From Promethearchaeota archaeon (GTDB lineage: Archaea; Asgardarchaeota; Lokiarchaeia; Sigyniarchaeales; SOKP01), in contig JAHLWS010000071.1 in assembly GCA_019057795.1 (NCBI GenBank), forward strand, positions 32,001 through 96,000: a stretch of 64,000 nucleotides of DNA, given 5' to 3'. Position 1 is the first letter of the stretch. Every line of letters starts with the position of its first letter. The translations under genes were made by a program, and so were the position numbers. The notes under the pieces were generated by a model. That model was given only the letters and a program-made list of their open reading frames with translations. It was not told the DNA's origin and did not search any database. Of this stretch, positions 1 through 10,456 are shown one piece after another.

Positions 1-10
1 GATATTAAAA

Positions 11-295
11 ATGGATAAAAGTACGGTAATTAGACACTTACTTTCTAAATCTATCCGAGAAGTAAAAATACAAACCTTATTAGATGAATATAGGAAGGGA
101 AAACTGTCTCTCGGGAAAGCTGCTGAATTAGCAGGAGTTAATTTATGGGAATTCATTGAACATTGTAGGAGGAATCAAATTAAATTAGATTTAACTGAAG
201 AGGAAGTGGAAATTGGAATACGCAGAGTTGAGAAAATTGATATTCAAAAATATAAAGAAACTATTAAGAACTCATTAAAATCACTTGAAAAATGA
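11..295 (+). CDS. UPF0175-family HTH antitoxin-like protein (may begin before the window)
   Basis: Motif YRKGKLSLGKAAELAGVNLWEFIE is typical of UPF0175. Confidence 0.8.
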   Translation: MDKSTVIRHLLSKSIREVKIQTLLDEYRKGKLSLGKAAELAGVNLWEFIEHCRRNQIKLDLTEEEVEIGIRRVEKIDIQKYKETIKNSLKSLEK

Positions 296-333
296 AAATT
301 AAAAACTCTTTAAAATAAATCATTCAAGAAAAT

Positions 334-3210
334 TTAGAAGAGAATATTTTTTCTTCTCGCAATGTATTTAAAAAGTTCGATTCCAATTAATCCCGGTAAA
401 GCAAACAAAACGCATATTATCCAATCTGTTCCACTCAGAAAGAGAAAATTAATTTGTAAGTTTAAACCAAACACATCGTTCACGTAATAATTTACTTGGT
501 AAGAGAATATAATATAGAGGACGTGTAAAGCTAGGGTAAATAGACTTACAATTAACAAAGAAAGACAGAATTCTTCCTTCAAACTTTTTAAAAAAGATTT
601 ATTTGGGCGCCTAAAAGTCCAGATAAACGTCGTTTCAACAATATATAATGTTGTGATGAACATAGTTCTTGCTTTTTGTGCCAACAATTCGGGTTGTGTT
701 GATCCAACTGGAATATAACTAATAGTAGGATTAAGATTCCACTCATTCAACGGGATAAAACCTCCTAAGGTAAATTGAAGAACTAATACCAGACCAATTC
801 CCATTAACAACGCTTGTATTAACATCATAATCCACATATTTTTGTTTAATAATTGTTGTTCGTCTCTAGGTGGTTCTTTCATTACATCCGAGGGATGTCT
901 ATCGATCACCAAGGCTAGAGCCGGTAGTGAGTGGACTATTCCAAAAATATAGATATGTTGCCATTCTGAACTGAACAAATCGAAGAAAGGGATGAATTCG
1001 TAGGTAAAAAATATGGTTGCTTCCATTATGTTTAAACAGATGAAAAAATATATAATGGTGCGAATTTTAGCAAACAAACCACGGCCAATTTTTACGCCCT
1101 TGACAATGGAAGAAAAATTGTCGTCACTTATGACCATATCCGCAGTTTCTTTAGCTACATCTGTCCCTGTAATTCCCATAGCTATACCGGCATTAGCAAG
1201 CTTTAAAGCTAAAGCGTCGTTAATACCGTCTCCAGTCATAGCGCATATGTGATCTTGTGATTGATATTTTTTTACTATTATTTCTTTGTCAGAAGGATCG
1301 ACTCTTGCAAAAACTGAAACTCTATTGAAATCTTTATCGTTTAAATTGATAATATCGTGCCCTTCTATTACTAAATCTCCCTCTTTGTAAATTCTCATTT
1401 GTGCAGCAATAGTTTTAGCGGTTGCTGGGTGGTCTCCAGTGATCATAACGGTTTTAATACCGCCAGATTCGCTTTCTTCCACAGCAGATCTTACATCTGG
1501 GCGTGGTGGGTCTAAAATTGAAACGAAACTCAAAAAAGTTAGATTGGTTTCAGTTTTTTCTCTATTTAAACTATTTAAATCTTTTATTTTCTCGACATTC
1601 TTATAAGCAACGGCTAAAGTTCGGTATCCTTGTTTGGCTCGCAACTGGATTTTTTTTAAAAGTTCTTCTTTTAAATCTTCGTCTAATGCCTTTATATCGC
1701 CGTTGACTTCGATTTTATTTGATATTTCTAAGATCCTTTCGGGAGCCCCTTTAGTAAAAGCAAAAAAATCCTTGGGATTTGATTTAAGTTTACATATAGT
1801 GGTCATTCGTTTAATTTCAGAGCTGAATGAAAATTCTTTCAATATTTCGTACTTATCTTTTATATCGTGGTTAATATATCCCGCTTTTTCAGATAGTACT
1901 AATAATGCGGCTTCTGTTGGTGACCCTAAAGCTTTTCTTACGGCTATTTCATTTACATTTTTTAGCCGAACTTTAACATCCTCGTATATTAATTTAACAT
2001 TGTTGTTTAATACGATTGAATCGATAAATTTCTGAAATGTAAGATTATCTTTTAACTCCACTTCGTTATTATTTTCAAGAATTATTCCCTCAACATCATA
2101 ACCAGTACCTGAAACATGATATTCTATATTGTTTATCCAAAATCTTTCTACAGTCATTTCGTTTTTGGTTATAGTCCCTGTTTTATCTGCACATATTATC
2201 GAAACTCGACCAAGAGATTCAATTGAAGCTAAGTTTTTTATAATTACCCCACTTTGAGCCATATTTAATACACCAGTTATGAGGACAAGCGTTGTAAGGA
2301 GTGGTAAGTTTATGGGCATGATATTCATTGACCTTAAAATAGAACTTATTAAAGCATCGCTAATATAGTCGCCATATAAATTACCTTCTATTCCTAAAAG
2401 CACAAATTTATAGGTAATTAAGATTATTAAATTAATAATAACTATAGTTCCAAGGATATAGCCTAACCTATTCAATTTTCGCGTCAAAGGTATATCTTCA
2501 ATGCTACCCATTTCATTTAATTGATTTGAGATTTTACCAATCTCCGTATTTGTTCCCGTTCCAATCACTAAGGCTTTTCCCCTACCTGTGTGAATGTAGG
2601 TCCCCATAAACACCATGTTGGTTCGTTTCTGGAGGGGTACTTTGTTATTTTCGAGGGGAGATTTGTTTTTTTCTACAGGCTCACTTTCTCCACTAAGTGG
2701 AGCTTCATCGATAGTTAGATTGGTAAATTCGATAATTCTAGCATCTGCAGCGATTTTATCGCCTTGTCTTAACAAGATAACGTCTCCAGGTACGATTTCC
2801 CTTGTAGGAATCTCAAATTGAATTCCATCCCTTAAAACAGTCGCTTTTAAAGCGGCAATTTTTCTTAAGGATTCTAGCGCTTTTTGCGCTCTGAATTGTT
2901 GAACAATTACAGTAGTCGAATTCATGATGACTACCGCGAAAGTGATGATAGTAGAACTTGGAGAGCCAAGAATCAAGATAATTGTTCCTGATATAATTAA
3001 AATAATGATTAAAAAATTAAAAATTGGTGCCAAATAAATTTTCCATAAAGACTTCTTAATTTTAGGTAATTCGTTATAACCATATTCAAGATATTTACTC
3101 TCTATTTCTAAAGACTTCAAACCATTATTAGGATCTGTTTGAAATTTTGAAACTAAATCATCTATTGATTGAGTTAGTAATTCTTCAGAGCGAACTTGAA
3201 TTTGACTCAT
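334..3210 (-). CDS. P-type ATPase with P2A-like backbone and atypical transport site
   Basis: DKTGT phosphorylation motif, KGAPE, DPPR, MITGD, TGDGIND; about 10 TM helices; TM4 reads PINLP instead of PEGLP. Confidence 0.93.
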   Translation of the reverse strand: MSQIQVRSEELLTQSIDDLVSKFQTDPNNGLKSLEIESKYLEYGYNELPKIKKSLWKIYLAPIFNFLIIILIISGTIILILGSPSSTIITFAVVIMNSTTVIVQQFRAQKALESLRKIAALKATVLRDGIQFEIPTREIVPGDVILLRQGDKIAADARIIEFTNLTIDEAPLSGESEPVEKNKSPLENNKVPLQKRTNMVFMGTYIHTGRGKALVIGTGTNTEIGKISNQLNEMGSIEDIPLTRKLNRLGYILGTIVIINLIILITYKFVLLGIEGNLYGDYISDALISSILRSMNIMPINLPLLTTLVLITGVLNMAQSGVIIKNLASIESLGRVSIICADKTGTITKNEMTVERFWINNIEYHVSGTGYDVEGIILENNNEVELKDNLTFQKFIDSIVLNNNVKLIYEDVKVRLKNVNEIAVRKALGSPTEAALLVLSEKAGYINHDIKDKYEILKEFSFSSEIKRMTTICKLKSNPKDFFAFTKGAPERILEISNKIEVNGDIKALDEDLKEELLKKIQLRAKQGYRTLAVAYKNVEKIKDLNSLNREKTETNLTFLSFVSILDPPRPDVRSAVEESESGGIKTVMITGDHPATAKTIAAQMRIYKEGDLVIEGHDIINLNDKDFNRVSVFARVDPSDKEIIVKKYQSQDHICAMTGDGINDALALKLANAGIAMGITGTDVAKETADMVISDDNFSSIVKGVKIGRGLFAKIRTIIYFFICLNIMEATIFFTYEFIPFFDLFSSEWQHIYIFGIVHSLPALALVIDRHPSDVMKEPPRDEQQLLNKNMWIMMLIQALLMGIGLVLVLQFTLGGFIPLNEWNLNPTISYIPVGSTQPELLAQKARTMFITTLYIVETTFIWTFRRPNKSFLKSLKEEFCLSLLIVSLFTLALHVLYIIFSYQVNYYVNDVFGLNLQINFLFLSGTDWIICVLFALPGLIGIELFKYIARRKNILF

Positions 3211-3320
3211 TTCTCTACATAATACTTTTTTAATTAAATAATCGAATAATAATAAAAAATATTGATTTAAACCTTATTAATTATACAATCTTTCAACAAT
3301 TCTTTAAACGAGTGAAAAAT

Positions 3321-4283
3321 TTAAAGGTCTAATTCTTGCGGATCCCCTAAGATCTCCTTTAATACATTGTATCTTTTTCTAATTGTCGTACTTGAGAATC
3401 GACTGGTGCGTTCAACGATACTTTGAGTAAAAATTTTACGATTCTCCAAGGATTGGCCAATATAATAGATTAAACCCGCTGTAAATGCTTTGTGATTCGA
3501 ATTTTGAATTTGTTCGTACGTGATTTTGTTTAAAATTTTATTTGCTACTAACTGCATATCTAATTTCAATTTAGTATATTCTGTTTTATTGGATAGATGT
3601 TGTTTGACATCTCGAAATAATATATTATTAATATCTTTTTGAAACAAGATTTTAATTTTATTTTTTATCTGTTCTTCTAAGTTAGAAGCACTTTCGGCAA
3701 TTTTTAACCTTCTTTCTGTTCTTTTTACTTTTATCATAGCATTATTAAGCATCTTTTTGTTTATCTTATGTCCTAATTCTCTTGTTTTTTTTATATATTC
3801 TTCAATTCTCACGTTTGTAGTTTCTTTTATCTCCATCCATACTATTGCGAGAAAGATAATGACCATATTTTCGTATGTTTGTCTATGATGTTTGTTATAT
3901 TGCAAATATTTCGCTTTAATTTCTTGATATTTTACAGAATCTATACTTAAACCAATGCCATAACCCTTTAACAAGTCAATCGTCTTTTTCTGTTCTGAAA
4001 AGCTGCTTTGATAGTCCCGAAACCATTTGTTTAAAGTATTGATTTGATCGTATCGTTTTTTTGTCTTTGGGTCCTGAATTGCTTTTGAACTTCCTGTTCG
4101 AATTTTTCTTTCATATTCTAACCGGGAATCAGAAAAATAGTTAGAAGGAGACGATGTTTCAAAAGCAACATAATCTTCTAAGATTATACCACAATCTTGG
4201 CACACAAAGTATCCTCTCTCTTGTTTTACGTTTTTGTGGGTACAAGCGGTTAATTCCTTACTATTTTTTTTTTTATCGTTCAA
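3321..4283 (-). CDS. Divergent TFIIB/TFB-like protein
   Basis: N-terminal CxH...CxxCG zinc ribbon; C-terminal cyclin-like repeat ending TQSIVERTSRFSSTTIRKRY. Confidence 0.7.
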   Translation of the reverse strand: MNDKKKNSKELTACTHKNVKQERGYFVCQDCGIILEDYVAFETSSPSNYFSDSRLEYERKIRTGSSKAIQDPKTKKRYDQINTLNKWFRDYQSSFSEQKKTIDLLKGYGIGLSIDSVKYQEIKAKYLQYNKHHRQTYENMVIIFLAIVWMEIKETTNVRIEEYIKKTRELGHKINKKMLNNAMIKVKRTERRLKIAESASNLEEQIKNKIKILFQKDINNILFRDVKQHLSNKTEYTKLKLDMQLVANKILNKITYEQIQNSNHKAFTAGLIYYIGQSLENRKIFTQSIVERTSRFSSTTIRKRYNVLKEILGDPQELDL

Positions 4284-4422
4284 AAAAGATCAATTGTAAT
4301 TGATTAATATATAGTTCAAAAAAAATATAAGTTTTAAATTTATAAACTTTTTATAAAAAACCATCAAATTAAATATTATATAAAAGATTTTAATATTTTA
4401 AAGAAATTAATGAGAGATTAAA

Positions 4423-4992
4423 ATGGAACGTAAAATCATTTTAAAATGGTTATCTATTTTTAGCGTCAGTTTCTTTATACTTTCAATAGTAGAACTGATT
4501 GATCTTATTGTTTTTAGTACAGTAATTAGTATGGATTTAGATGGTCAGCAATTTACTATTATTAACTTAATATTTCAATCAGGGTTTATGTCTATTCACG
4601 CACCACTTTTGTGGATATTTCTTCTGTGCGTAATTTGCGCATTCATCGCCTTAGCACTTTCAATATTCAGAGTTGCAAAGAAACAAATCATTGAAAATTA
4701 TAATCTCGCCAAGTTTATGTTACTTATAGGCTTGTTTTTAGTAATTGGTGGCTTTATCAAAATGAGTTTTATTGTATTATTAGGTAACAATACTATTAGT
4801 ACAGGTTTAACCACAATTACATTTCAAGAAGCGTTATATACGCCTACTATTACCTCTGTAATTGGAGCTATAATGTGGGTTTATTTTATTGTTGTTGTAT
4901 GTAGTCTTTTAATTTCTGGCTTGATCTTTGGTGGGATTGGTCTTCAATGGATGCTCCTTATTCAAGATGAAAGTGCCTCTCAAGATCAATAG
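4423..4992 (+). CDS. Hypothetical 4-TM membrane protein
   Basis: 189 aa ORF with four hydrophobic segments. Confidence 0.75.
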   Translation: MERKIILKWLSIFSVSFFILSIVELIDLIVFSTVISMDLDGQQFTIINLIFQSGFMSIHAPLLWIFLLCVICAFIALALSIFRVAKKQIIENYNLAKFMLLIGLFLVIGGFIKMSFIVLLGNNTISTGLTTITFQEALYTPTITSVIGAIMWVYFIVVVCSLLISGLIFGGIGLQWMLLIQDESASQDQ

Positions 4993-5177
4993 TAATTTAC
5001 GAAAATCCTTAATTTTTTCTATCTTTTTTTGTAATACAATAAAAAGTGAAAAAAAAGGGGTTATGGTAATTTTTTCTTTTGTTTCTCCAAGATAATAAAT
5101 GAAAGTATCGTTATGAACGTAAATAGAATGTAGTAATTTCCAAATGAAATTATCGGTACACCATCAAAATAGTAAAA

Positions 5178-5381
5178 CTATTTTGATCTACCGTATTTTT
5201 TTAATAACTTCTCAATTTCTAATTCTGCTTCTGAAATTTTATATTTTAATGGAATATTTCTTTTATGTAATTCGTCAAGCATTTCCCATATGGAAATTCC
5301 TGCGATTTCGGATGATTTTCCTAAAGATATTTTATCATCAAGATATTGATTTATTGCATAATCCAATTTCTTTAATTTCAT
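5178..5381 (-). pseudogene. 5'-truncated UPF0175-family antitoxin
   Basis: YLDDKISLGKSSEIAGISIWEMLDEL matches the ORF at 11..295; the upstream part is interrupted. Confidence 0.6.
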
Positions 5382-5582
5382 ACTGGTTTTACTCTAAGAA
5401 AATTCGTCTTATTAAGTGTTTTATTGCTTAATATTATATAAAGGTTTGTTCAACACATCACCATCTCTAGTCATAGTTATTTATACACTTAAATAGAAAT
5501 AAAACTAAAAATGATAAAATGAAAAATATCAATTAAAAAGAAAAAAGAAGAATATATAACCTTATGAAAAACATAGAGAGGT

Positions 5583-6710
5583 TTAAAACAAGTTTATATT
5601 TCTTATAATCTTATCCCTGTTAGGGTCTTGATTGACTTTATTTTGTACTATTGAAAGAATTGCTTCTCTACTAAGTCCTATTTTCTCTAAAGTGAAATTT
5701 ACGCCCGATTCGTTGAATTTTCCTTCTCGAATCATCGGAGTTAGATGCTTCAGAGTGATTAACCATTTTTTTCTAATGCTCGGGTCTTGACGAATCAATT
5801 CAGCGAATTGTAGGCTGTATGGAAGAGCTCCAAATCGATTTAAGTCGTAGAAAAGCGCGGCGGCGATAACATGACAACTAGTTTTGAGAGTATTGGAATT
5901 TCCTTTCTTAACTAAATTCTTAGATTCTATAAGCTGAATAATGTCTTCTTCGTTATAATCTATTACGTGATATGGCAATAATATTCGAGGAACGGTGTGA
6001 TTCTCGAAATCTTCAGGCGTAGTGTAATGTTTTCTATCTTCTTCGGTAAAGGACTCTCGATTAATAAAACTTGGCTTCCAATCGTGCTCTATTTCATGTT
6101 GTGGAATTTCGTAAAAATACCTTCTAATCTCGTCGGGAGAATAACCGAATAAAATAATATCCATATCGTGCTTCATTGCCTCTCGAACAACTAAACTATG
6201 AACTAAATCGCCACAATTATCGCATAAATTTCTCGTTAAGGTCAAATCATTTGAGTCTTGATTCGTAAATACCCACTGATATAATTTTCTAAATGTTTCT
6301 TTCGCGCCATCGATTACAATGTGATCTACGCTTATCTTTTTGAGAGTATCTTTAATGTTTTCGAAAGCAATATCGGGGATAAACCCTGAGTCAATAGTTA
6401 CTGCGAGCGGGTTAAACCCATAGTCGTGTATTACTGTGTATAAAAGGGCTGTCGAATCTTTCCCTCCCGAATAACCCACAATACAATCGTACTTCTTCTC
6501 TTTTTGGTGCGAGCGCATAAGTTCAATAACAGAATTCCAGTCCCTTAAGCCATTTTCCTTCATTTCCTCAGTTATTTGAGTCTTCCACCAATTTGTAGTT
6601 TTGTAAGTTGGATCTTCACAATAATTGCAAATCCCTTCAGAATTTAACTCAATTCCAAAAGAACCGTCAATCAAAATACAATTTTTGCAGATATATTGTT
6701 CATTAATCAT
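5583..6710 (-). CDS. PP-loop ATPase (N-acetyl-sugar amidotransferase-like)
   Basis: N-terminal CxxC...CxxC, YDCIVGYSGGKDS PP-loop, internal CxxC. Confidence 0.8.
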   Translation of the reverse strand: MINEQYICKNCILIDGSFGIELNSEGICNYCEDPTYKTTNWWKTQITEEMKENGLRDWNSVIELMRSHQKEKKYDCIVGYSGGKDSTALLYTVIHDYGFNPLAVTIDSGFIPDIAFENIKDTLKKISVDHIVIDGAKETFRKLYQWVFTNQDSNDLTLTRNLCDNCGDLVHSLVVREAMKHDMDIILFGYSPDEIRRYFYEIPQHEIEHDWKPSFINRESFTEEDRKHYTTPEDFENHTVPRILLPYHVIDYNEEDIIQLIESKNLVKKGNSNTLKTSCHVIAAALFYDLNRFGALPYSLQFAELIRQDPSIRKKWLITLKHLTPMIREGKFNESGVNFTLEKIGLSREAILSIVQNKVNQDPNRDKIIRNINLF

Positions 6711-6833
6711 ATAATTTCTCCTACAATCATAATTTACAAAGTTTATAGGAGAATATATTTAATGTATTTAAAGAAAAAGTGTAAAAAAAATAAAAATAAA
6801 ATAAAAAAAGATAAAATAAAATTATTTAAGAGA

Positions 6834-7793
6834 TCAAGTTAAAGTTAAGTTTAACTTTTCTTTGATTTGTTTTGCTCTACTACGTAATGTGACCTCCGTA
6901 ATTTTAGCTACATCTGCCACGAGAGATTGGGTTTTTCTAATTGCTCCGTCTTTAGCTGCGATATAAATACATGCGGCAGCTAAACCTTTTGGATCTTTTC
7001 CAGTTCGCGCTAACCCATTCTTAGATGCGTTTCTCAACATTTCTATAGCAACTTTTTGAACTTTCATGGGTAAGTCTAGCTCGTTCCCAAATCGAAATAC
7101 AAGCTTTTCTGCCGTAATAGGCTGATATCTTAAACCCAATTCGGGTAAGATTTCACGGATAATCATTGAAAGACTTCTATGTACTGTTCTTCGCGGCGTG
7201 AGTGACGCTTCACAGACTTCATCTAATAATCGAGGGAAATCATGAACCCTAATCGCTGCGTATAAAGAACCTGCTATAAACCCATTAATAGATCTTCCCA
7301 TTGTTAACTTTTTTTTAGCTACAATACTATAAATTTTCCAAGCCGTTTCTGAAATATATTCAGGAATATTTAATTTTGAGGTTAACATTTTTAATTTGGG
7401 TTTTGCTTCCCAAAAGTTTCGTTCTATGCTAGATATTAAAGAATTTTGAATTTTTGATAAGCGAGAAAATAAAGCTTGCTCTTTAGGACCTATTGATTTT
7501 CCTTTTGAGTCGGTCTTGGTGGTAGGAAGCATTGTTCGAGGGCCAAAATCCCTCCAACGGGGCTCAGTTCTTCTTCTATTCTGTATTTCTTCCACTGTAT
7601 ACGCTCTTCGCTCATTTCCTACATATGTTCGTTCTGCAATCATACCACAGTTAAGACATACTCTATTACCATCACGTTCTTCAATAAATGGATTATCACA
7701 ACACTTAATACTACTTGTAGAGGACAAATTATCTTGATCCTTATTCTGAGATTTTATTAGATCACGGTAATTGCTATTCATATTATATATCAC
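6834..7793 (-). CDS. tfb: Transcription initiation factor IIB
   Basis: Zinc ribbon plus two cyclin repeats (GRSI..AGSLYAAIR; GKDPKGLAAACIY; TEVTLRSR). Confidence 0.93.
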   Translation of the reverse strand: MIYNMNSNYRDLIKSQNKDQDNLSSTSSIKCCDNPFIEERDGNRVCLNCGMIAERTYVGNERRAYTVEEIQNRRRTEPRWRDFGPRTMLPTTKTDSKGKSIGPKEQALFSRLSKIQNSLISSIERNFWEAKPKLKMLTSKLNIPEYISETAWKIYSIVAKKKLTMGRSINGFIAGSLYAAIRVHDFPRLLDEVCEASLTPRRTVHRSLSMIIREILPELGLRYQPITAEKLVFRFGNELDLPMKVQKVAIEMLRNASKNGLARTGKDPKGLAAACIYIAAKDGAIRKTQSLVADVAKITEVTLRSRAKQIKEKLNLTLT

Positions 7794-8116
7794 AAAAATT
7801 TATTTATAAATTTGCCATCTAAACACAAATTTAATACAAAATTAGATCATGTTACGACTTTAATAATACTAATAATATCATAATATCCAAGTCATAAATT
7901 TAAATCTTTGTCTTCAAAATTAGTAGAAGTGATAATAGGGGAATGTAATGGGAAGTAGAATATGAGGTTTTACTCATTTCTTCGCCTTTTATAATTAATA
8001 AGAATAATATTTTAAAGTTTTAAAGTTCAAAAATAGAAATAAGATAAATTATTTAATTATATAAAAAACTGTATAATCAATAATTTCTGTTTAATTATTT
8101 TAAAGTTGGTGTATAA

Positions 8117-8632
8117 ATGGATTTTTACGAAGTTGTGAGAAAGAGAAGAAGTTACAGGGTATTTAAACCCGATATGCCGGAAGAAGAGAAAATTACTCGT
8201 ATCTTGGAAGCAGCAAGGTTGGCTCCAACTTGGGCAAATAAGCAAGGTATGCATTATATTGTTGTTAAAGACTCAGAAACTGTGAAAAAAATATGGAATG
8301 CCATTGGACAAAAACAAAAGTTTGCCGCAGCCCCGATGTTTGCTGTAGGCGTAATTTCTGAATCAGGTTCAGGAGCGAACGCAAATGGTATAAAATATTT
8401 TCCATTAGATTGTGGAATTTGTTTCGAACATCTAATCTTAGCCGCAACTGCAGAAGGTTTAGCCACTTGCTGGATTGGTTGGTTTGACGAAACCAAAATA
8501 AGAGACATCCTTGAAATACCAAAAAAATACAGAGTCTTAGCTTTAACTCCGTTAGGATATCCCGTAAAACAGAAGGGGGAAGTTGAGGAGCGTAAACCGC
8601 TTGAAAAGATAGTACATTACAACAAATTTTAA
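8117..8632 (+). CDS. Nitroreductase family protein
   Basis: RRSYRVF, ARLAPTWANKQ, GLATCWIG, LGYP motifs. Confidence 0.92.
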   Translation: MDFYEVVRKRRSYRVFKPDMPEEEKITRILEAARLAPTWANKQGMHYIVVKDSETVKKIWNAIGQKQKFAAAPMFAVGVISESGSGANANGIKYFPLDCGICFEHLILAATAEGLATCWIGWFDETKIRDILEIPKKYRVLALTPLGYPVKQKGEVEERKPLEKIVHYNKF

Positions 8633-8721
8633 TTTTATTTCAAAAAATCCTTCTTTTTTTATTTAATCAATTAATTTGGAAGTAAAGGTAATATAATTTC
8701 GAATTTTATTTTATTTATATT

Positions 8722-10443
8722 ATGAAAATTGCAAGAATCGATGTTAATTCAAACAAGATTATTTACGAAGAAATAACTAGGGATTCAAAATATCTTCTTT
8801 TAGGAGGTCGTGGATTGACATCTCAAATCGTTCATGACGAAGTTCCACCGAATTGTGATCCACTTGGACCAGAAAACAAGCTTATTTTATCGAATGGTAC
8901 GCTTGCTGGAAGTCCATTCCCAAATTCTGCTCGTACATCAGCAGGGAGTAAAAGTCCTTTAACCAATGGTATTAAAGAAGCGAATGTTGGAGGTAGAGGG
9001 GCAATGATGCTCGCTAGGCATGGAATAAGGGCGTTAGTGTTGCAAAATAATTCTTCAGAACTAAAAGTTATATTAATTTCCGATGATGGAATTGAATTAC
9101 TTCAAGGCAACGAATATAAAGGATTAGGAAATTACGAGCTTCATCGAAAGTTAAGAGAAAAATTCGGAGAAAACGTAGGTATTTACTCCATTGGACCAGC
9201 AGGTGAATTTATGATGAAAGCTGCTACTATTGCAGCTAATGATTTAGAAGGATATCCTAGCAGGCACGCCGCACGTGGAGGTCTAGGGGCGGTAATGGGT
9301 TCTAAAGGAATTAAAGCTATAATAGTTAAACCCACAAAAGAATCAAAAGTTAAAATTCACGATTTAAAAAAATTTAGAGAAACTTCAACTCCATTCGCAA
9401 AAAATTTAGCAAAAACTAAAGAAGTGTTTTCAACCTTTGGTACACCCTTAATGATGAGAGCTATGAGCGAATATCGCGGAATTCCAACAAAAAACTTTCG
9501 AATGGGTTCTTTTGATAAAATCGCAAATATTACTGGAGAAAAACTCCACGAGCTTATAATGGCTCGAGGGGGTAAAAATCGATTGGCATGTTCTCCTAAC
9601 TGCGTAATAAAATGCTCTAATTTATTTGTGGATGAAGATGGCAATCATTTAACTTCTAGTCTTGAATACGAGACAATGGCGCTAAATGGCTCTAATTTAA
9701 TGATTGACGATCTAGATAGCTTGGCTAAAATTGATCGTTTATGCGACGATAATGGTATTGACACGATAGAATTTGGTGGTACCGTAGGAGTTGCTATGGA
9801 TTGTGGAAAAATTGAATGGGGCAACGCTCAAAAAGTCTTTGAACTCTTGGATAAAGAAATAAGGAACAACACAGAATTAGGAAAACTGTATGGAAATGGC
9901 GTTAAAAATATTGGTGAGAAATTAAATGCAAAAAGAGTTCCTCAAGTAAAAGGGCAAGGCATTTCTGCCTATGACCCAAGAGTGTTTAAGGGAATGGGAG
10001 TAACATTCGCTACTTCTCCGCAGGGTGCTGATCATACTTCAGGTGCCGCAATAGCAGGTAGAGTAGCAAGCCAAAATAAGGATTATGGTGAGTTAACAGA
10101 AAACGAGGGTAAATTCGACTTATCATATGAATTACAATTATATACGACTGTCATGGATTCAATGGGTTGTTGTTATTTTATCGGTCCCAGTTATGAAAAT
10201 ATGGAGCTTATTGCTCGTGCGATTAATGCTATGTATAACCTCAATTTAACAAGAGATGATGTAATCAACATTGGGAAAAACATAATCAAGATGGAGATCG
10301 AATTTAATGAAAACGCAGGCATCACACATAGTACGAACGATGTACCCGAATTTTTCAGAGAAGAGCCATCAGAGCCAACTGGTTTAAAATATACTTTTTC
10401 TAAAGACGATTTGAAATCATTCTGGGATAAATTGAGAGAATAA
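8722..10443 (+). CDS. aor: Aldehyde:ferredoxin oxidoreductase (W/Mo)
   Basis: LGGRG, KSPLT, SIGPAGE, RGGLGAVMGSK, CxxxCxxxC, EYET, CDDxGIDT. Confidence 0.93.
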   Translation: MKIARIDVNSNKIIYEEITRDSKYLLLGGRGLTSQIVHDEVPPNCDPLGPENKLILSNGTLAGSPFPNSARTSAGSKSPLTNGIKEANVGGRGAMMLARHGIRALVLQNNSSELKVILISDDGIELLQGNEYKGLGNYELHRKLREKFGENVGIYSIGPAGEFMMKAATIAANDLEGYPSRHAARGGLGAVMGSKGIKAIIVKPTKESKVKIHDLKKFRETSTPFAKNLAKTKEVFSTFGTPLMMRAMSEYRGIPTKNFRMGSFDKIANITGEKLHELIMARGGKNRLACSPNCVIKCSNLFVDEDGNHLTSSLEYETMALNGSNLMIDDLDSLAKIDRLCDDNGIDTIEFGGTVGVAMDCGKIEWGNAQKVFELLDKEIRNNTELGKLYGNGVKNIGEKLNAKRVPQVKGQGISAYDPRVFKGMGVTFATSPQGADHTSGAAIAGRVASQNKDYGELTENEGKFDLSYELQLYTTVMDSMGCCYFIGPSYENMELIARAINAMYNLNLTRDDVINIGKNIIKMEIEFNENAGITHSTNDVPEFFREEPSEPTGLKYTFSKDDLKSFWDKLRE

Positions 10444-10456
10444 TTCTTTTTTTAAA

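Noticed and set aside
1013-2821. Antisense ORFs within the P-type ATPase, and the many similar shadow ORFs across the window
   Set aside because: They overlap confident genes on the opposite strand or frame and have no motifs
7951-7984. Hairpin-like element upstream of tfb
   Set aside because: Short imperfect stem in AT-rich DNA with no supporting motif
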